The notes below the pieces were generated by a model. The model did not search any database. It had not been told where the DNA came from and was given only the letters and a program-made list of their open reading frames with translations. From contig CAVVPN010000003.1 of NCBI GenBank assembly GCA_963750165.1, positions 3,040,001-3,104,000 of the forward strand: DNA of 64,000 bases. Direction: 5' to 3'. Made by a program: the position numbers and the translations under genes. Every line of letters starts with the position of its first letter. Positions within the stretch are counted from its first letter, which is position 1. Positions 22,019-30,549 of the stretch are shown one piece after another. This DNA comes from an uncultured Gemmataceae bacterium. Lineage in GTDB: Bacteria; Planctomycetota; Planctomycetia; Gemmatales; Gemmataceae.

Positions 22019-22288
22019 GGAAATGACCGTAAAAATCTAGGGAGGAGCCTGAGATCCCCGGGATGGTCGCCGCGGGTCGGCGCACTCCAGGCCGTCAATG
22101 AAGAAAATGACGAGGTGCGGCTGTCGGCCGCCTTCGTGCCCCCGGAGGGACTCCTGGATCGACAGTGAAACGGGAGGCATTCTACTGGTCGTTGCGACTC
22201 AAGTGTAACGTAGTGCGGCTCTGGAGAACCGTCCTACGAAGACTGCTACCGTTCAGCTGCAATGGACCACTAACGAAAGGGGTGACAC

Positions 22289-23476
22289 ATGGCTGACACG
22301 GCTCAGGCGCCCTACGGGCGCAAGACCCAACGGCCGCCCGCCGTCAAGGAGGTCCACATCCTCTGGACCCCGGACGGCCTCGGTTGCGACGGCGACACCG
22401 TCTCCGTCACCGCCGCGACGCAGCCGAGCATCGAAGACATTGTGATGGGGGCCATCCCCGGGCTGCCGAAGGTCCACCTGCACAACCGCGTGCTGGCCTA
22501 CTCGCTCGGCGGTGACGAGTACCTGAAGGTCTGGCACGACGCCGCCGCGGGCCGGCTCGACGCCCCGTTCATCCTGGTGGTCGAGGGCTCGATCCCCAAC
22601 GAGGACATCAAAAACGAGGGCTACTGGGCGGCGATGGGCAACGACCCGCAGACCGGCCAGCCGATCACCCTGTGTCAATGGATCGACCGTCTGGCGCCGC
22701 GGGCGCTGGCGGTGGTCGGCTGCGGCACCTGTGCGGCCTACGGCGGCATTCACGCGATGGCCGGCAACCCGACCGGCTGCATGGGCCTGGCCGATTACCT
22801 CGGCTGGAACTGGCGGTCGCACGCCGGCCTGCCGATCATCAACGTGCCGGGCTGTCCGGTGCAGCCGGACAACATGACCGAGACGCTGCTGTACCTGCTC
22901 TACCAGGCGGCGGGCCTGGCGCCGATGATCCCGCTGGACGACAAGCTGCGGCCGACCTGGCTGTTCGGCAAGACGGTCCATGAGGGCTGCGACCGCGCCG
23001 GCTACTACGAGCAGGCCGACTTCGCCAACGAGTACGGCTCGCCCAAGTGCCTGGTGAAGCTCGGCTGCTGGGGCCCGGTGGTCAACTGCAACGTGACCAA
23101 GCGCGGCTGGATGAACGGCATCGGCGGTTGTCCGAACGTCGGCGGCATCTGCATCGCCTGCACGATGCCGGGCTTCCCGGACAAGTTCATGCCGTTCATG
23201 GATGAACCGCCTGGGGCCATCGGGTCCACGCTGCTGGTGAACCTGTACGGCACGGTGATCCGCAACCTGCGCGGCATGACCAACGCCACGGTGAACAAGG
23301 AGCCGAAGTGGCGGCACCGCGGCCGTTACCTGACCACCGGCTATCGCCCCTCGACGTACAGCCAGAGGTCAGAAGTCAGAGGTCAGGAGTCAGAGGTCAG
23401 AGATCAGGAGTCAGAAGTCAGAAGCCAGCGATCCGAGAGCCGAAAGCCGGAGTGGGCCCCGCGACGTGGCGTTTGA
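22289..23476 (+). CDS. hhyS: Group 1h [NiFe]-hydrogenase small subunit
   Basis: GLGCDGDT (Asp in place of the second Cys), GTCAAYGG, PGCP, HEGCDR, KLGCWGP, CPNVGGICIAC; no twin-Arg signal. Confidence 0.95.
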   Translation: MADTAQAPYGRKTQRPPAVKEVHILWTPDGLGCDGDTVSVTAATQPSIEDIVMGAIPGLPKVHLHNRVLAYSLGGDEYLKVWHDAAAGRLDAPFILVVEGSIPNEDIKNEGYWAAMGNDPQTGQPITLCQWIDRLAPRALAVVGCGTCAAYGGIHAMAGNPTGCMGLADYLGWNWRSHAGLPIINVPGCPVQPDNMTETLLYLLYQAAGLAPMIPLDDKLRPTWLFGKTVHEGCDRAGYYEQADFANEYGSPKCLVKLGCWGPVVNCNVTKRGWMNGIGGCPNVGGICIACTMPGFPDKFMPFMDEPPGAIGSTLLVNLYGTVIRNLRGMTNATVNKEPKWRHRGRYLTTGYRPSTYSQRSEVRGQESEVRDQESEVRSQRSESRKPEWAPRRGV

Positions 23477-23497
23477 TTTCTGACCTCTGACCTCTGA
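23361..23497. repeat. Tandem heptamer (GTCAGAG-like) array with inverted counterpart
   Basis: About 10 units at 23361-23430; inverted (CTCTGAC)x3 at 23478-23497; translated as SEVRGQE repeats. Confidence 0.85.
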
Positions 23498-23513
23498 ACC
23501 AAGGAGTGACATC

Positions 23514-25373
23514 ATGGTAACCGCGACTATCCCGCAGCGCGAGAGCGCGACCAGGGGCCGCAACCTGGTCGAGATGTCCTGGGACCCGATCACGCGCATC
23601 GTCGGCAGCCTGGGCATCTACACCAAGATCGACTTCGCCAACCGCCAGATCGCCGAGTGTTACAGCACCTCCTCGGTCTTCCGCGGCTACAGCGTGTTCA
23701 TGAAGGGCAAGGATCCGCGCGACGCCCACTTCATCACCAGCCGCATCTGCGGCATCTGCGGCGACAACCATGCCACCTGTGCCGTCTACGCCCAGAACAT
23801 GGCCTTCGATGTCCGGACGCCGCCGATGGGCGAGTGGATCATCAACCTCGGCGAGGCCGCCGAGTACATGTTCGATCACAACATTTTCCAGGAAAACCTC
23901 GTCGGTGTGGACTTCTGCGAACAGATGGTCAAGGAGACCAATCCGAAAGTCTGGGACCTGGCGCAGAAGACGCCGGCACCGCACGCCAACCTGCACAGGT
24001 ACCGCACCATCGCGGACATCATGACCTCGCTGAACCCGTTCACTGGCGAGTTCTACCGCGAAGCCCTGGTGATGAGCCGGCTGACGCGCGAGATGTTTTG
24101 CCTGATGGAAGGCCGGCACGTCCACCCCTCGACGCTGTACCCCGGCGGCACCGGCACCGTGCCGACGCCGCAGCTGTTCACGGACTACCTCGTGCGGCTG
24201 ATGAAGTACGTCGAGTTCATGAAAAAGGTGGTGCCGCTGCACGACGACCTGTTCGACTTCTTCTACCAGGCGCTGCCGGGCTACGAGAAGGTCGGCCAGC
24301 GCCGCGTGCTGCTCGGCTGCTGGGGCTCGTGGAACGACCCGGAGGTCTGCGATTACAAATATCAGAATATGAACAGGTGGGGCCGGGCGATGTACGTCAC
24401 GCCGGGCGTGATCGTGGACGGCCAGGCCGTCACGCATGACCTGGTGGACATCAACCTCGGCATCCGCATTTTGCTCGGCTCGTCCTTCTACGACGACTGG
24501 CAGCAGGGCGAGACGTTCGTGCAGCGCGACCCGCTGGGCAACCCAGTGGATCAGCGGCACCCGTGGAACCAGACGACGACGCCGCGGCCGCAGAAACGCG
24601 ACTTCGACGGCAACTACACCTGGGTGATGTCGCCGCGCTGGTACGACCAGCGCACGGGGGACTACCTGGCGCTGGACACGGGCGGCGGCCCGATTGCCCG
24701 GCTGTGGTCCACGGCCCTGGCGAACCTGGTGGACGTGGGCTACGTCAAGGCGACCGGCCACAGCGTCAAGATTTACCTGCCGAAGACGGCGCTGCTGCCG
24801 GAGGTCGAGTACGAGTGGAAGATTCCGAAGTGGAGCAACGCCCTGGAACGCAACCGGGCGCGGACGTACTTCCAGGCGTACGCCGCGGCGATGGGGCTGT
24901 ATTTCGCGGAGCGGGCCTTGAAGGCGCTGCACAGTGGCGACCACCGCACCTGGGCGGACTTCACGGTGCCGGAGGAAGCGATCGGCTGCGGCTTCCATGA
25001 GGCGGTGCGCGGCGTGCTGTCGCACCACGTCGTCATCCGCGACGGCAAGATCGCCAACTACCACCCGTATCCGCCGACGCCGTGGAACGCCAGCCCGCGT
25101 GACGTGTATGGTACGCCGGGGCCGTATGAGGACGCCGTGCAGAACACGCCGATCTTCGAGGAGAACGGGCCGGACAAGTTCAAGGGCATCGACATCATGC
25201 GGGCGGTGCGTAGCTTCGACCCGTGTCTGCCGTGCGGCGTCCATATGTACCACGGCGACGGCAAGCTGCTGGAAGTGCGGCACGTTCCGATGTTCGGGCG
25301 CACGGGTAGAGTTCTTCCACGTGGGGCAGACATTCCTGTCTGCCCCACGAAATCGGAGAAAAGTGCATCATGA
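23514..25373 (+). CDS. hhyL: Group 1h [NiFe]-hydrogenase large subunit
   Basis: WDPITRIVGSLG, L1 TSRICGICGDNH, L2 SFDPCLPCGVH, NYHPYPPTPWN. Confidence 0.97.
   Translation: MVTATIPQRESATRGRNLVEMSWDPITRIVGSLGIYTKIDFANRQIAECYSTSSVFRGYSVFMKGKDPRDAHFITSRICGICGDNHATCAVYAQNMAFDVRTPPMGEWIINLGEAAEYMFDHNIFQENLVGVDFCEQMVKETNPKVWDLAQKTPAPHANLHRYRTIADIMTSLNPFTGEFYREALVMSRLTREMFCLMEGRHVHPSTLYPGGTGTVPTPQLFTDYLVRLMKYVEFMKKVVPLHDDLFDFFYQALPGYEKVGQRRVLLGCWGSWNDPEVCDYKYQNMNRWGRAMYVTPGVIVDGQAVTHDLVDINLGIRILLGSSFYDDWQQGETFVQRDPLGNPVDQRHPWNQTTTPRPQKRDFDGNYTWVMSPRWYDQRTGDYLALDTGGGPIARLWSTALANLVDVGYVKATGHSVKIYLPKTALLPEVEYEWKIPKWSNALERNRARTYFQAYAAAMGLYFAERALKALHSGDHRTWADFTVPEEAIGCGFHEAVRGVLSHHVVIRDGKIANYHPYPPTPWNASPRDVYGTPGPYEDAVQNTPIFEENGPDKFKGIDIMRAVRSFDPCLPCGVHMYHGDGKLLEVRHVPMFGRTGRVLPRGADIPVCPTKSEKSAS
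25320..25349. repeat. GTGG-type REP hairpin within the hhyL 3' end
   Basis: CGTGGGGCAGACA-TTCC-TGTCTGCCCCACG; paired intergenic copy at 33837-33896. Confidence 0.8.
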
Positions 25374-25924
25374 CGAACCCCACGCCCGACGTCCGAGACT
25401 TTCAGGCCCGCCTGGAGCGCCTCGACGCACTGATCCGTGAGGTCGAGCGCTTCGCGGACCCGGCGGCGCAGGCGCACACGCGCGAAATCGTGCAGGCGCT
25501 GCTGGACCTGCACGGCGTCGGGCTGGACCGGCTGCTGGAGCATGTGGCCGCGGCGGACGAGGCCGGCGCCATCCTCGACACCTGCGCCAACGATGACGTG
25601 GTGAGTGGCCTGCTGCTGCTGCACGGCCTGCACCCGCTGGACCTGGAGGCCCGCGTCCATCAGGCCCTCGACAATGTGCAACCCCACCTCCGCAAGCACG
25701 GCGGTAGCGTCGAGTTGCTGGAAATCCGTGACGGAGTGGTGCGGCTGCGGCTGGAGGGCGATTGCCAGGCTTCTCCGTCAGCGGCCATGACGGTGCAGCA
25801 GACCATCGAGCAGGCGATCTGCGGCAAGGCCCCCGAGGTTATCGCGGTGGAGCTGGTGGGGCTGTCGGAAGGGCCGCCGATGGCGGAGGACGGCCGGCGC
25901 CGCATCGCCCTGCCTGTGTTGTGA
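25370..25924 (+). CDS. NifU-like hydrogenase-associated protein
   Basis: LLLLHGLHP, LRKHGGSVEL, VVRLRLEGDC; only one Cys of the usual NifU CxxC (GDCQASPS). Confidence 0.85.
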   Translation: MTNPTPDVRDFQARLERLDALIREVERFADPAAQAHTREIVQALLDLHGVGLDRLLEHVAAADEAGAILDTCANDDVVSGLLLLHGLHPLDLEARVHQALDNVQPHLRKHGGSVELLEIRDGVVRLRLEGDCQASPSAAMTVQQTIEQAICGKAPEVIAVELVGLSEGPPMAEDGRRRIALPVL

Positions 25925-25953
25925 ATGAACCCAATGCCGAGAGGAGGGACGAC

Positions 25954-26154
25954 ATGGCCTGTCACGACGAACGTGCCGAATTGCCCGCCCACACAGCGGG
26001 CGTGCCGAAGGGCGAGGAACGAGTGCGGCACCACGGCCGCGAACCGGGCCGCCAGGACAAACGCTTCGTGCGCACCGCCCGCGACGCCACGAGCGTCAAC
26101 CCGCAGGCCCAGGAGCCCATCGACCCGCGGATGCCACACCTGCCGCCCGCGTGA
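25954..26154 (+). CDS. Small hypothetical protein (66 aa)
   Basis: GAGGAGG RBS; MACHDER...RTARDATSVNP...PIDPRMPHLPPA; fills the operon gap. Confidence 0.65.
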   Translation: MACHDERAELPAHTAGVPKGEERVRHHGREPGRQDKRFVRTARDATSVNPQAQEPIDPRMPHLPPA

Positions 26155-26169
26155 AGACCGGGAGCCGTC

Positions 26170-26808
26170 ATGAAACCCGATGCCCGTCCCTTGCCGAACG
26201 CTCTGGCGTCGCTGCGCCGCTATGCACGGCCGCGCGCCCCCCGGGAGCGGTGCGAACTGTGCGGCCTCGACCTGGCGGACGAGCACGCGCACCTGGTCGA
26301 ACTGGCCAGCCGGCGGCTGTGCTGCGCCTGCGACGCCTGCGCCGTGCTGTTCGGCAGTCCCGGCGCGGCCAGGTATCGCCGGGTGCCGCGGGATTGCTGG
26401 CGACTGACCGACTTTCGCATGACGGACGTGCAGTGGGAGGAGCTGAACGTGCCGATCGGCCTGGCGTTTTTCCTGCCGACCGCGGCCGGGAGTGTGGCCG
26501 CCCTGTACCCGAGCCCGGCCGGCGCCACCGAGGCGCTGCCGTCACAGGAAGCGTGGCAGGCGCTGGCGGCGGACAACCCGGTCCTGCGCGAACTGACGCC
26601 GGACGTGGAGGCGCTACTCGTGAACCGCTTGGCGGCGCCGCCGGAGTATTACCGCCTCGGCATCGACCAGTGTTACAAGCTGGTGGGCCTCGTCCGCAGC
26701 CACTGGCGCGGCCTGTCGGGTGGAGACGCGCTGTGGACGGAGGTTCTAAAATTCTTCGCCGCGCTGCGCGAGCGGGCGCGGTCGGTCGGAGGCGCCGCCC
26801 ATGCCTGA
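26170..26808 (+). CDS. DUF5947-like hydrogenase-associated protein
   Basis: ERCELC, H-x-H, CACDAC, VPIGLAFF, YPSPAGATE, PDVEALLV, IDQCY. Confidence 0.85.
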   Translation: MKPDARPLPNALASLRRYARPRAPRERCELCGLDLADEHAHLVELASRRLCCACDACAVLFGSPGAARYRRVPRDCWRLTDFRMTDVQWEELNVPIGLAFFLPTAAGSVAALYPSPAGATEALPSQEAWQALAADNPVLRELTPDVEALLVNRLAAPPEYYRLGIDQCYKLVGLVRSHWRGLSGGDALWTEVLKFFAALRERARSVGGAAHA

Positions 26809-27529
26809 CCTGAATTTCCAGGTGGAGGCGGCGACGCCGGAGCGTGTCGCGGCGGAGCCGTTGCTGCTTTTCCGGGTCCGTGTCAGCGAAACCACGGGGG
26901 CGACACCAATCCACAGTGTCCTGCTCCGCTGCCAGATCCGCATCGAGCCGGGGCGGCGACACCACAGCCCCGCGGAGCAGCAGCGGCTGCTCGACCTGTT
27001 CGGCACACCGGAGCGCTGGGGCCAGACGTTGCGCCCCATGCTGTGGACGCACGCCAGCGTCCTGGTGCCAGCGTTCACGAGCGCTGCCGCCGTGGACCTG
27101 CCGGTGCCGTGCAGTTTTGACTTCAACCTGGCCGCCACGAAGTATTTTGACGCGCTGCAGGGGGGTGACATCCCACTGTGCTTCCTGTTCAGTGGCACGA
27201 TCTTCTACGAGGCGGCCGACGGCGGCTTGCAGGTGGCGCAAATTTCCTGGGAGAAGGAAGCATCCTTCCGGCTGTCCGCGGCGACGTGGCGGGAGCTGAT
27301 GGACCGCCACTACCCCAACAGCGCCTGGCTGTGTCTGCGGCAGGACGTATTCAACCGCTTGTCGCGCTACAAGAGCCGCCGCGGCCTGCCGACCTGGGAG
27401 CAGGCGCTGGAGGAACTGCTGACCGCGGCCGAGCCTGCTTCGTTCGTAGTACCGCCTTCAGGCGGGTTGGAGCGAAGACCGCCTGAAGGCGGTACTACGA
27501 ACGAAGAAAAGAAACAGGTGCTGCCATGA
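26801..27529 (+). CDS. DUF6084-like hydrogenase-associated protein
   Basis: CQIRIEP, LFGTPERWGQTL, PCSFDF, FLFSGTIF, HYPNSAWL. Confidence 0.85.
   Translation: MPDLNFQVEAATPERVAAEPLLLFRVRVSETTGATPIHSVLLRCQIRIEPGRRHHSPAEQQRLLDLFGTPERWGQTLRPMLWTHASVLVPAFTSAAAVDLPVPCSFDFNLAATKYFDALQGGDIPLCFLFSGTIFYEAADGGLQVAQISWEKEASFRLSAATWRELMDRHYPNSAWLCLRQDVFNRLSRYKSRRGLPTWEQALEELLTAAEPASFVVPPSGGLERRPPEGGTTNEEKKQVLP
27438..27506. repeat. GTAG-type REP pair read through in frame
   Basis: 27438-27465 pairs with 27479-27506; encodes SFVVPPSGGLERRPPEGGTTNE. Confidence 0.85.
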
Positions 27530-28587
27530 CCCGTCCACTCGTGGACCGCATCGCCGACGCCGTGCTATACGAGGGCTACCTCCTCTACCCCTATCGGCCG
27601 TCGGTCAAGAACCGTCAGCGCTGGACCTTCGGCGGTCTGTATCCCGAGCCATTTTGTCAGGCGAATGCCAGCGGCGATGCCTCGGAGAGCCAGACGGAGT
27701 GTCTGGTCGAGGGGGACTCGGACACAGTGTTGGAGGCGACCGTCCGCTTCCTGCACCTGACGGACCGCCGCGTCGGGGAGTTCGTCCCGCCCCTGGCGGA
27801 GTGGCCACGAGGCTCGGAACCCGAGTATCGGTTGACTGAGACTCTCCGAGTTGGGGACCGTGTTTACTATCCGTGGCAAGAGGCCCAGGAGCGTGCGGTG
27901 TCCCTCGGCAGTCTGAGACTGGCGGACCTCCCGAACCAGTCCGAGTGTCGGAACTTCACCTTCCCGGGCAGGCCTGGCTGGAACCGCTTCCGGGCACGGC
28001 TGGGGAAATTGTCGGCGTCCTGGTACGGGAGCAGCAGGAGGTTCGGGGGACTGTCGAGGTGTCCGCCACCCGGGTGGCCGAGGGGTTGTACCGCCTGACA
28101 CTCCGAGTCCGGAATCGAACACCGCTGGGCGAGGGCACGGCAAGCAGGCGCGACGCCGCCCAGCTGCGGTCGCTGATTTCGACACACGCCATCCTCGGCG
28201 TCCGCGGCGGTGCCTTCGTCTCGCTGCTGGACCCACCAACGGAGTGGGCGGCGGCGGCTGCGGCGTGCCGCAACGTCGGCGTCTGGCCGGTGCTGGTCGG
28301 CGCAGGGGCAGCGTGACACCATGCTGTCAGCGCCGATCATCCTCTACGATTATCCGCAGATCGCGCCCGAGAGCCCCGGCGATTTCTTTGACGGCACCGA
28401 GATCGACGAGATGTTGACGCTGCGCATCCAGACACTGACGGACGATGAGAAGCAGGCGATGGCGGCGGTGGACGAGCGGGCGCGGGCGCTGCTGCAGCGC
28501 ACCGCTGACCTGACCGGCAACCAGTTCCGGCAACTGCACGGCACCCTCCGCGCGCTCCGGGTTGTCCCGGAAGGGGGGCGGCCATGA
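27526..28587 (+). CDS. Conserved hydrogenase-associated hypothetical protein, two apparent frameshifts
   Basis: ADAVLYEGYLLYPYR...RWTFG, then NVGVWPVLVG, then LSAPIILYDYPQIAPESPGDFFDGTEIDE, in three frames (shifts near 27970 and 28310). Confidence 0.75.
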
Positions 28588-28889
28588 CGGACTGGGGCCC
28601 CGAGTCGGATCGCAAGCGCGTGGAGTGCGTCCACATCGGCCCTGCCGAGGTGCGGCCGGGCGACCGTGTTCGGCTGCGGCCGCGCGGCCGGGCCGACATC
28701 TTCGACCTGGCACTGGTCGGGAAGACCGCCACCGTCGAGTCGATTGAACAGGACTTCGACGGTCGGGTCTACCTGGCCGTGACCGTGGACGACGACCCCG
28801 GCCGCGATCTCGGTGTGCTACGTCAGCCCGGCCACCGCTTCTTCTTCGCTCCCGAGGAAGTGGAGCCGCTTTCCCGGGGGGAGCCATGA
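28584..28889 (+). CDS. Conserved hypothetical (SH3/KOW-like) protein
   Basis: GDRVRLRP, ADIFD, DDPGRD, FFFAPEEVEP; ATGA coupling on both sides. Confidence 0.8.
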   Translation: MTDWGPESDRKRVECVHIGPAEVRPGDRVRLRPRGRADIFDLALVGKTATVESIEQDFDGRVYLAVTVDDDPGRDLGVLRQPGHRFFFAPEEVEPLSRGEP

Positions 28890-29452
28890 TCGTCCATTAT
28901 CGGCTCGATTCCGATCACAGTCGCTTCACGGTGCAGGCGTTCGCCACCGGCATGTTGTCGTTCCTTGGCCACAGTCCGACTTTCACCGTCGGAGACTATG
29001 CGGGCGAACTGCGGCTCGATCACGACACCCTGGGCGGATCATTATGGGTGACCGTCCGCGCCGATTCTCTGGAACTGCTGGATCAGGTCAGCGCCGCTGA
29101 CCGGCGAGACATCGAGGACCGAATGCGGCGCGAGGTGCTGGAAACCAACACTTACCCCGAGATACGACTGGCGGCGGAGAACCTGTCGGGGGGCGCGACC
29201 GAAGGCAATCAGTATCGGCTGCACATCCGCGGCCAGCTGGCGCTGCACAGCGGCACGCGGTCCCTGGAAGTGGACGCCCGGCTGCTGGCCTTCCGGGACG
29301 GGGTGCGAATTAGCGCAGCGTTTCCGTTGCGCATGTCGGAGTACGGCATCCGGCCGGTCACGGCCCTCGGCGGCGCCATCAAGCTCAAGGACGAACTCCG
29401 CGTCGCGTTCGACCTGGCGTTCGTGCGGGACGACAACCCGGAGAAGTCATGA
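28886..29452 (+). CDS. YceI-like (polyisoprenoid-binding) protein
   Basis: YRLDSDHSRF, VLETNTYPEIR, GQLALH, SEYGI.P, IKLKDELRVAFDL; no signal peptide. Confidence 0.8.
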   Translation: MIVHYRLDSDHSRFTVQAFATGMLSFLGHSPTFTVGDYAGELRLDHDTLGGSLWVTVRADSLELLDQVSAADRRDIEDRMRREVLETNTYPEIRLAAENLSGGATEGNQYRLHIRGQLALHSGTRSLEVDARLLAFRDGVRISAAFPLRMSEYGIRPVTALGGAIKLKDELRVAFDLAFVRDDNPEKS

Positions 29453-29958
29453 GCCGCCCGCGTGTCCTGGTCGCTGGTGTCGGCAACATCTTCCTGGGCG
29501 ACGACGCCTTCGGGGTGGAGGTTGCCCAGCGTCTGGCCCGGCGCCCCCTGCCGGACGGTGTGCGGGTGGTCGATTTCGGCATCCGCGGCCTGGACCTGAC
29601 CTACGCCCTGCTCGACGGCTATGACGCCGTGGTCCTGGTGGACGCGGCGCCGCGCGGCGGTTCTCCCGGGACGCTCTATGTGCTGGAGCCGGAGCAAGCG
29701 GAACCGACGGCCGGCGATTTGCAGGTGGAAGGACACGCCCTGGATCCGGTCAAGGTGTTGCGCCTGGCCGTGGCCCTGGGAGGACGGGTCGGCCGGCTGC
29801 TCGTCGTGGGCTGTGAGCCCGGGACCGCTGCCACGGCGGCGGACCTGAGCATGGGCCTGAGCGACCCCGTGCGAGCGGCCGTGGACGAGGCGGTGCCGCT
29901 CATCGAAGGACTGGTCGGCAAACTCCTGCGGGTCGGGAGCGAGGCCGAGGTACAATAA
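29449..29958 (+). CDS. Hydrogenase maturation endopeptidase (HupD/HyaD family)
   Basis: GVGNIFLGDDAFG, VLVDA, EGHALDP, VGCEP. Confidence 0.95.
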   Translation: MSRPRVLVAGVGNIFLGDDAFGVEVAQRLARRPLPDGVRVVDFGIRGLDLTYALLDGYDAVVLVDAAPRGGSPGTLYVLEPEQAEPTAGDLQVEGHALDPVKVLRLAVALGGRVGRLLVVGCEPGTAATAADLSMGLSDPVRAAVDEAVPLIEGLVGKLLRVGSEAEVQ

Positions 29959-29989
29959 CATCACCACACCTGGCAAGGGAGGCGTAATC

Positions 29990-30198
29990 ATGGCGAACCG
30001 GATGTCGGAGTATCAGGAGCGCTCGCTGGGGTATTCGGAGGATGGGGGCGCTGGCCCCGAGACCTTCGGGAGGACGACCGGCGGGGCGGCGGGTTGGGTC
30101 TGCTGCTTGGCGGGCTGGCGGTGCTCGGGTTGGGAGCCTGGGCGTGGTACAAACTCGGCCCGGACGTTCGGCGCTATCTGAAAATGCGTTCGATGTGA
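29990..30198 (+). CDS. Small single-TM protein (DUF6893-like), apparent frameshift
   Basis: GGAGG RBS before ATG 29990; an alternative frame ends GLGLLLGGLAVLGLGAWAWYKLGPDVRRYLKMRSM-TGA. Confidence 0.6.
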
Positions 30199-30204
30199 GG
30201 AGTC

Positions 30205-30549
30205 ATGCACGAACTGTCGATCGCCCTGAGCATCGTGGACATGGCGACCGAAGAGGCCGAGCGGCAGGGCGGCCGTGTCGCCGCGGTGCATCTGCGGCTC
30301 GGCCCGCTGTCCGGTGTCGTCAAGGAGGCGCTGCGGTCGGCCTATGGCCTGGCCCGTGAAGGCACGGCCCTGGCGACGGCCGAGCTGGTCGTCGAGGACG
30401 TGCCGCTGGTGGGCTACTGCCGCGCCTGCGACGCCGCGCGGCCGTTGCCCTCGGTCTGGGAACTCCGCTGCCCCGAGTGCGGCGGCCCGACGCCGGAGAT
30501 CGTGAGCGGCCGCGAGCTGGAAGTGTTTGCCCTTGAGGTCGAATTGTGA
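30205..30549 (+). CDS. hypA: Nickel metallochaperone HypA
   Basis: MHELSIA, CRAC/CPEC, SGREL. Confidence 0.97.
   Translation: MHELSIALSIVDMATEEAERQGGRVAAVHLRLGPLSGVVKEALRSAYGLAREGTALATAELVVEDVPLVGYCRACDAARPLPSVWELRCPECGGPTPEIVSGRELEVFALEVEL

Noticed and set aside
23361..23497. Possible CRISPR array
   Set aside because: 7-nt tandem units with no unique spacers; no cas genes in the window.
23514..25373. [NiFeSe] or membrane-bound group 1d hydrogenase
   Set aside because: L2 has Cys codons rather than TGA; no Tat signal and no cytochrome b gene.
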